Positions 9,431 to 13,126 of a stretch of DNA of 13,126 nt are shown here, piece after piece. How positions within the stretch are numbered: the stretch's first letter is position 1; every line of letters begins with the position of its first letter. The notes under the pieces were generated by a model. The model saw only the letters and a list, made by a program, of their open reading frames with translations. It was not told the DNA's origin and searched no databases. The DNA lies in NCBI RefSeq assembly GCF_006345805.1, contig NW_021826341.1, positions 1 through 13,126 of the forward strand, in the 5' to 3' direction. This DNA is from Octopus sinensis (lineage: Eukaryota). The translations under genes were made by a program, and so were the position numbers.

Positions 9431-9776
9431 ATTCCTTTATTTGTTACAGTCATTTTGACTGTGGCCATGCTGGAGCACCGCCTTTTAGTCGAAGATATCG
9501 AGTCCTGGACTTATTCTTTGTAAGCCTGATTCTTATTCTATCGGTTTCTTTTGTCGAACTACTAAGTTACGGGGACTTAAACACACCAACATCGGTTGTC
9601 AAGCGATGGTGGGGGGGGGACAAATACAAACACCCAAATATATATAGTTACCATCTACCAAATCCACTCACAAAGCTTTAATAGAAGACACTTGCCCACG
9701 GTTCTACGCAGTGGAACCGAACCCGGAACCATGTGGTTGGTAAGCAAGCTTCTTACCACACAGCCATGACTGCGCC
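9431..9776 (-). mobile_element. tRNA-derived SINE family B
   Basis: A box TGGCTGTGTGG (9766-9756) and B box GGTTCGGTTCC (9723-9713). Homologous to 1480-1912 with small internal deletions. Confidence 0.85.
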
Positions 9777-9900
9777 TATATATATATATGTGTGTGTGTG
9801 TATATCTTACGCTATATATATTTTACATGTATAGATATATATATGTATATGTTTACGTATACATGTGAGTATATATATATGTATATGCATATAGATGTAT
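9777..9900. repeat. Degenerate (TA)n/(TG)n microsatellite
   Basis: Visible array. Confidence 0.85.
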
Positions 9901-10068
9901 ATGCTTAAAAGCATGAACATTTATGTACACAGGGGGATTTATGTAAATATTTTGATATATATTTATATATTTTCAGATTTAACTATGCATGCATACAGAT
10001 TCATGTGTACGTATATACCTAGAGAGACAAGTACACGCACATACCCATCTACCCTATCTCTATCTAAA

Positions 10069-10266
10069 GCGGTAAGCTGACCGAATCTTTAGCACGCTAG
10101 GGAAATTGCCTCCAGTCATATCTTTCGTCGTTATGTTCTGAGTTCAAATTCCATTGGGATCGACTTTGCATTTCATCCCTTTGCGGTATGATGGTATAAA
10201 TACTTGTTGAGCACTGGTGTTCATGTAATACACCCCTAAATTTCAGACCTTGTGCTTATAGTGGAA
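10069..10266 (+). mobile_element. Diverged monomeric family A SINE
   Basis: TTAGCACGC, GTTCTGAGTTCAAATTCC, TCGACTTTGCATTTCATCC and the AAATTTCAGACCTTGTGC tail match the other family A copies. Confidence 0.78.
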
Positions 10267-10272
10267 TGGTCT

Positions 10273-10395
10273 ATGTATGTATGTATGTATGTATGTATGT
10301 ATGTATGTATGTATGTATGTATGTATGTATGTATGTATGTTTGTATGTATGTATGTATGTATGTATATACGTATGTATGTATGTATGTATGTATG

Positions 10396-10452
<57 letters not shown>

Positions 10453-10466
10453 CTCTGTCTCTATCT
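10273..10466. repeat. Compound (TATG)n-(TATC)n microsatellite
   Basis: Visible array. Confidence 0.96.
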
Positions 10467-10573
10467 GTCGATCTAGACATGCTGACAAACACACATTCTC
10501 GCACACGTGTTTGTTATATTCATTGTCATAAAGATATCCACACCATTTATCTCATTTGTATATATATACATCT

Positions 10574-10779
10574 GGAGGCGCCATGGCTCAGTGGTTAGGG
10601 CAGCGGTCTCGCGGTCGTAGGATTGCGGTGTCGATTCCTAGACCGGGTGTTGTGAATGTTTATTGAGCGAAAACGTTTAAAGCTCCAGGAGACTCCGGCA
10701 GGGGGTGATGACGAACCCTGCTGTACTCTTTCACTACAACTATCTTTCACTCTTTCTTCCTGTTTCTGTTGTGCCTGTA
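10574..10779 (+). mobile_element. tRNA-derived SINE family C, apparently 3'-truncated
   Basis: A box TGGCTCAGTGG (10584-10594) and B-box-like GGTGTCGATTCC (10627-10638), followed by a non-tRNA body. Confidence 0.75.
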
Positions 10780-10858
10780 TGTAAACATATGTACATTTTT
10801 TCATTAAATGTATTTAAATTTTTTTGTATATCGACTTGCCTAACTTTAGCGTGTCGAC

Positions 10859-11918
10859 ATGCCAAACATTGAAGAACGTACGTTTTTAGTTGAATGGGTG
10901 TTTCGTGCGGGAAACAAAGACACAGATACTGTGAAACAGAAGTTCAGTGAAACTTTTCCAAATACTGTTGTTCTACATCGTGACACTGTGTGAGGGATTT
11001 GATAAGAAAATTTAGAAACACAGGCTCAGTGGAAGACGCAGCAAGAAGCAGTAGGTTTACCGTTCTTTCAGACGAAAAACTCCCCAACGTTTCTGAGAAA
11101 CTGTTGGCAAGCCCGTCAAAGTCCTTACGTAAATTGTCACAGGAAACGGAATTCAGCCTAGGAAGTGCTCACGCGGCTGTAAAAATGAAATTAAATTTCT
11201 TTCCATACAAAGCGCTGGCCATTCAAGAATTGAGACTACGGATCATGCTAAAAGGCTTCACTGTTATCATTGGTTCCAAAACTTTGTTGCCGCGAAAGGC
11301 ATAGAAGTGCTGGATGGGTTTTTTTTTTACACCGATGAGGCTTGGTTTCATCTGTCGGGACACATAAATTCGCAAAACACAAGGCTATGGAGCACTGAGA
11401 ATGCGCACGCGACACATGAGCAACCTCTGCATCCCGAAAATGTTGGAGCATGGATAGCAATTTCGAGAAAGCGTATTGTGAGACTGATATTTTTTGAAGA
11501 CACCATCAACACCGAGAGATATTGCTCAAATATTGCCTCTCCAATTGTAGGCCAACTCACTGAAAGTGAAAGTAATAATGCATATTTTCAGCAAGATGAA
11601 GCTACAGAACATACTTCGTGCATCACCATGGCGCTACTTTAAGCGTTTTTCGGTGAACGGATTATTTCAAAGGGACATTGGCCACCAAGATCACCAGATT
11701 TAATACCGCCAGATTTTTTCTTTTTTTTTTTAACTCAGGAGCAAGTAAAGGACCCGTGTACAAGAATCACCTGAAAAACATTAATGAGCTAAAAGACAAA
11801 ATCATAACCTTCACACGGTCCAAACCGCATTAGACTCTCCAAGATGTATTCCAAAACGTGTAGAAGAATCAACTTATGTATTGAAAATGAAGGACGACAT
11901 TTTCAACACCTTTTTTGA
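10859..11918 (+). pseudogene. Tc1/mariner transposase pseudogene (rosa/DD41D-like sequence, DD38D spacing)
   Basis: From ATG 10859: MPNIEERTFLVE.. HTH region, KFRNTGSVED, SPSKSLRKLS, FFPYK, TDEAWFHLSGHINSQN, FQQD, WPPRSPDLIPPDF, ending CIENEGRHFQHLF* at 11918. Frameshifts near 10990, 11237, 11730 and 11860; in-frame TAA at 11640-11642 and further stops. Confidence 0.93.
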
Positions 11919-11993
11919 AGTCTTGTAAAGTCTAATATATTCCTTTGTAGTCTTATTCCATCTTATAAATATCTATTTGGCAATAAAATTCTT

Positions 11994-12022
11994 ACTGCGG
12001 AGAGACGTTTGAACACCCTGTA
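11994..12022 (-). repeat. Right terminal inverted repeat plus TA target site
   Basis: Reverse complement TA-CAGGGTGTTCAAACGTCTCTCCGCAGT. The CAGGGTG terminus is typical of this group. AATAAA lies just inside at 11982-11987. Confidence 0.75.
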
Positions 12023-12297
12023 GCTAAGAATCATACGTATCGTGCGTTTTCCCTGTTCAATTCGCTAAATTTGAATTTTTGTTCGTATTTGTAGAAAGTT
12101 CCAGTCGCTGCCTGTCAGCTAAATAGAAACTCATAGCTTAAAGAATCCCTCGCAACTTCCATATGGGAAAAAGTGCGCAACGCTTGATTTCAATAACTTG
12201 CTAAAGTTTCTTATCTTACTGGGTCCGCTTTTAGTTCTGTAAACCTACCACGCACTGCTTGAAGCTCACTGACTTTCTCTAATCGGATCCCAGGAGA

Positions 12298-12543
12298 ATA
12301 TATATATATATATATATATGTTGTATATAATGTATATGTTGTTATATTATATGTATATATTATATATATGTAATATATATATATATCTAATATATAAGTA
12401 TATATATGTATATGTAAGTATATATATATGTATATATAAGTATATATACATGTATATATATACATATATATACATATATAATATGTATATATAGAAGATA
12501 TATATATGTATATATATAATACTATATATACATATCATACATG

Positions 12544-12584
<41 letters not shown>

Positions 12585-12696
12585 TTTATATATTTATTGG
12601 CTAAACTTGCAAAATGATCATTCCGAATATAACAATATATATATATATATATACTATATATATATATATATTATATATATAATATATATATATATC

Positions 12697-12730
<34 letters not shown>

Positions 12731-12748
12731 ATATATATATTATATATA
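12298..12748. repeat. (TA)n microsatellite, interrupted at ~12582-12632
   Basis: Visible array. Confidence 0.95.
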
Positions 12749-13126
12749 CGTGTGCCTGTCAAAATAATCCGATAGAGAGAACTGTGCAATACATACATAT
12801 TTAAGCACTTAAATCTGTAATTTAGAGCGAATGTTAGCTAGTTCTCGAAAATGTCTTTCGACAACATACCATTCTCGATGGAGCAAGCAGAATAATAACT
12901 CCAATTTAAAAGCCATTGCTGATAATGTTCAAGACAACAGTGATAACAAGTGCAAGGTAATTAACGCCTCTAACGTGTACGGCTGCTTTTCTCGATGGTA
13001 ACAAATGCCTATTGAGTATGTCAGTTTGACCTTCCATAATTCTTTTAACCATTTGTGGCTGCGGATTTCTATGCAACGCCAATGATATTCAGCAATTAGT
13101 GTTCTACCTTCTGTGCCTTCCTATTT

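Noticed and set aside
9926-9940. TACACAGGGGG as the left TIR of the transposon
   Set aside because: No match beyond CAGGG to the right TIR sequence.
10574-10645. tRNA gene
   Set aside because: A/B boxes are present, but the acceptor and T stems pair poorly and it runs into a SINE body with no terminator.
91-12804. Dozens of ORFs rich in YI, CV, poly-N/L/I/Y, MYVC or HTYI
   Set aside because: Translations of microsatellites whose units lack stop codons in some frames.

Overview
Repeat-dense, AT-rich eukaryotic (intronic or intergenic) DNA. The tRNA-derived SINE families and huge (TA)n/(AAT)n/(TATG)n arrays look cephalopod, probably Octopus (from recall of the repeat families, not a search). 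No host gene can be firmly supported, and nearly all listed ORFs are microsatellite translation artefacts. Supportable content: (1) a decayed Tc1/mariner transposase (10859-11918) with an unusual DD38D triad and only a right-hand TIR; (2) the C-terminus and 3' UTR of an RLE-type (R4/Dong-like) LINE on the minus strand (~3015-3308), missed by the ORF track; (3) about nine SINE copies or fragments from four families, including dimeric and locally duplicated forms; (4) two degenerate hammerhead-ribozyme-like motifs on the minus strand (~1068-1108, ~1309-1345), suggesting a Penelope-like/retrozyme relic; (5) an 87-bp inverted duplication at 7071-7157/8058-8144; (6) a 135-bp insert with an apparent 13-bp TSD. 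I see no intact novel system. The best leads are the hammerhead relic, the DD38D element and the nested inverted repeats.
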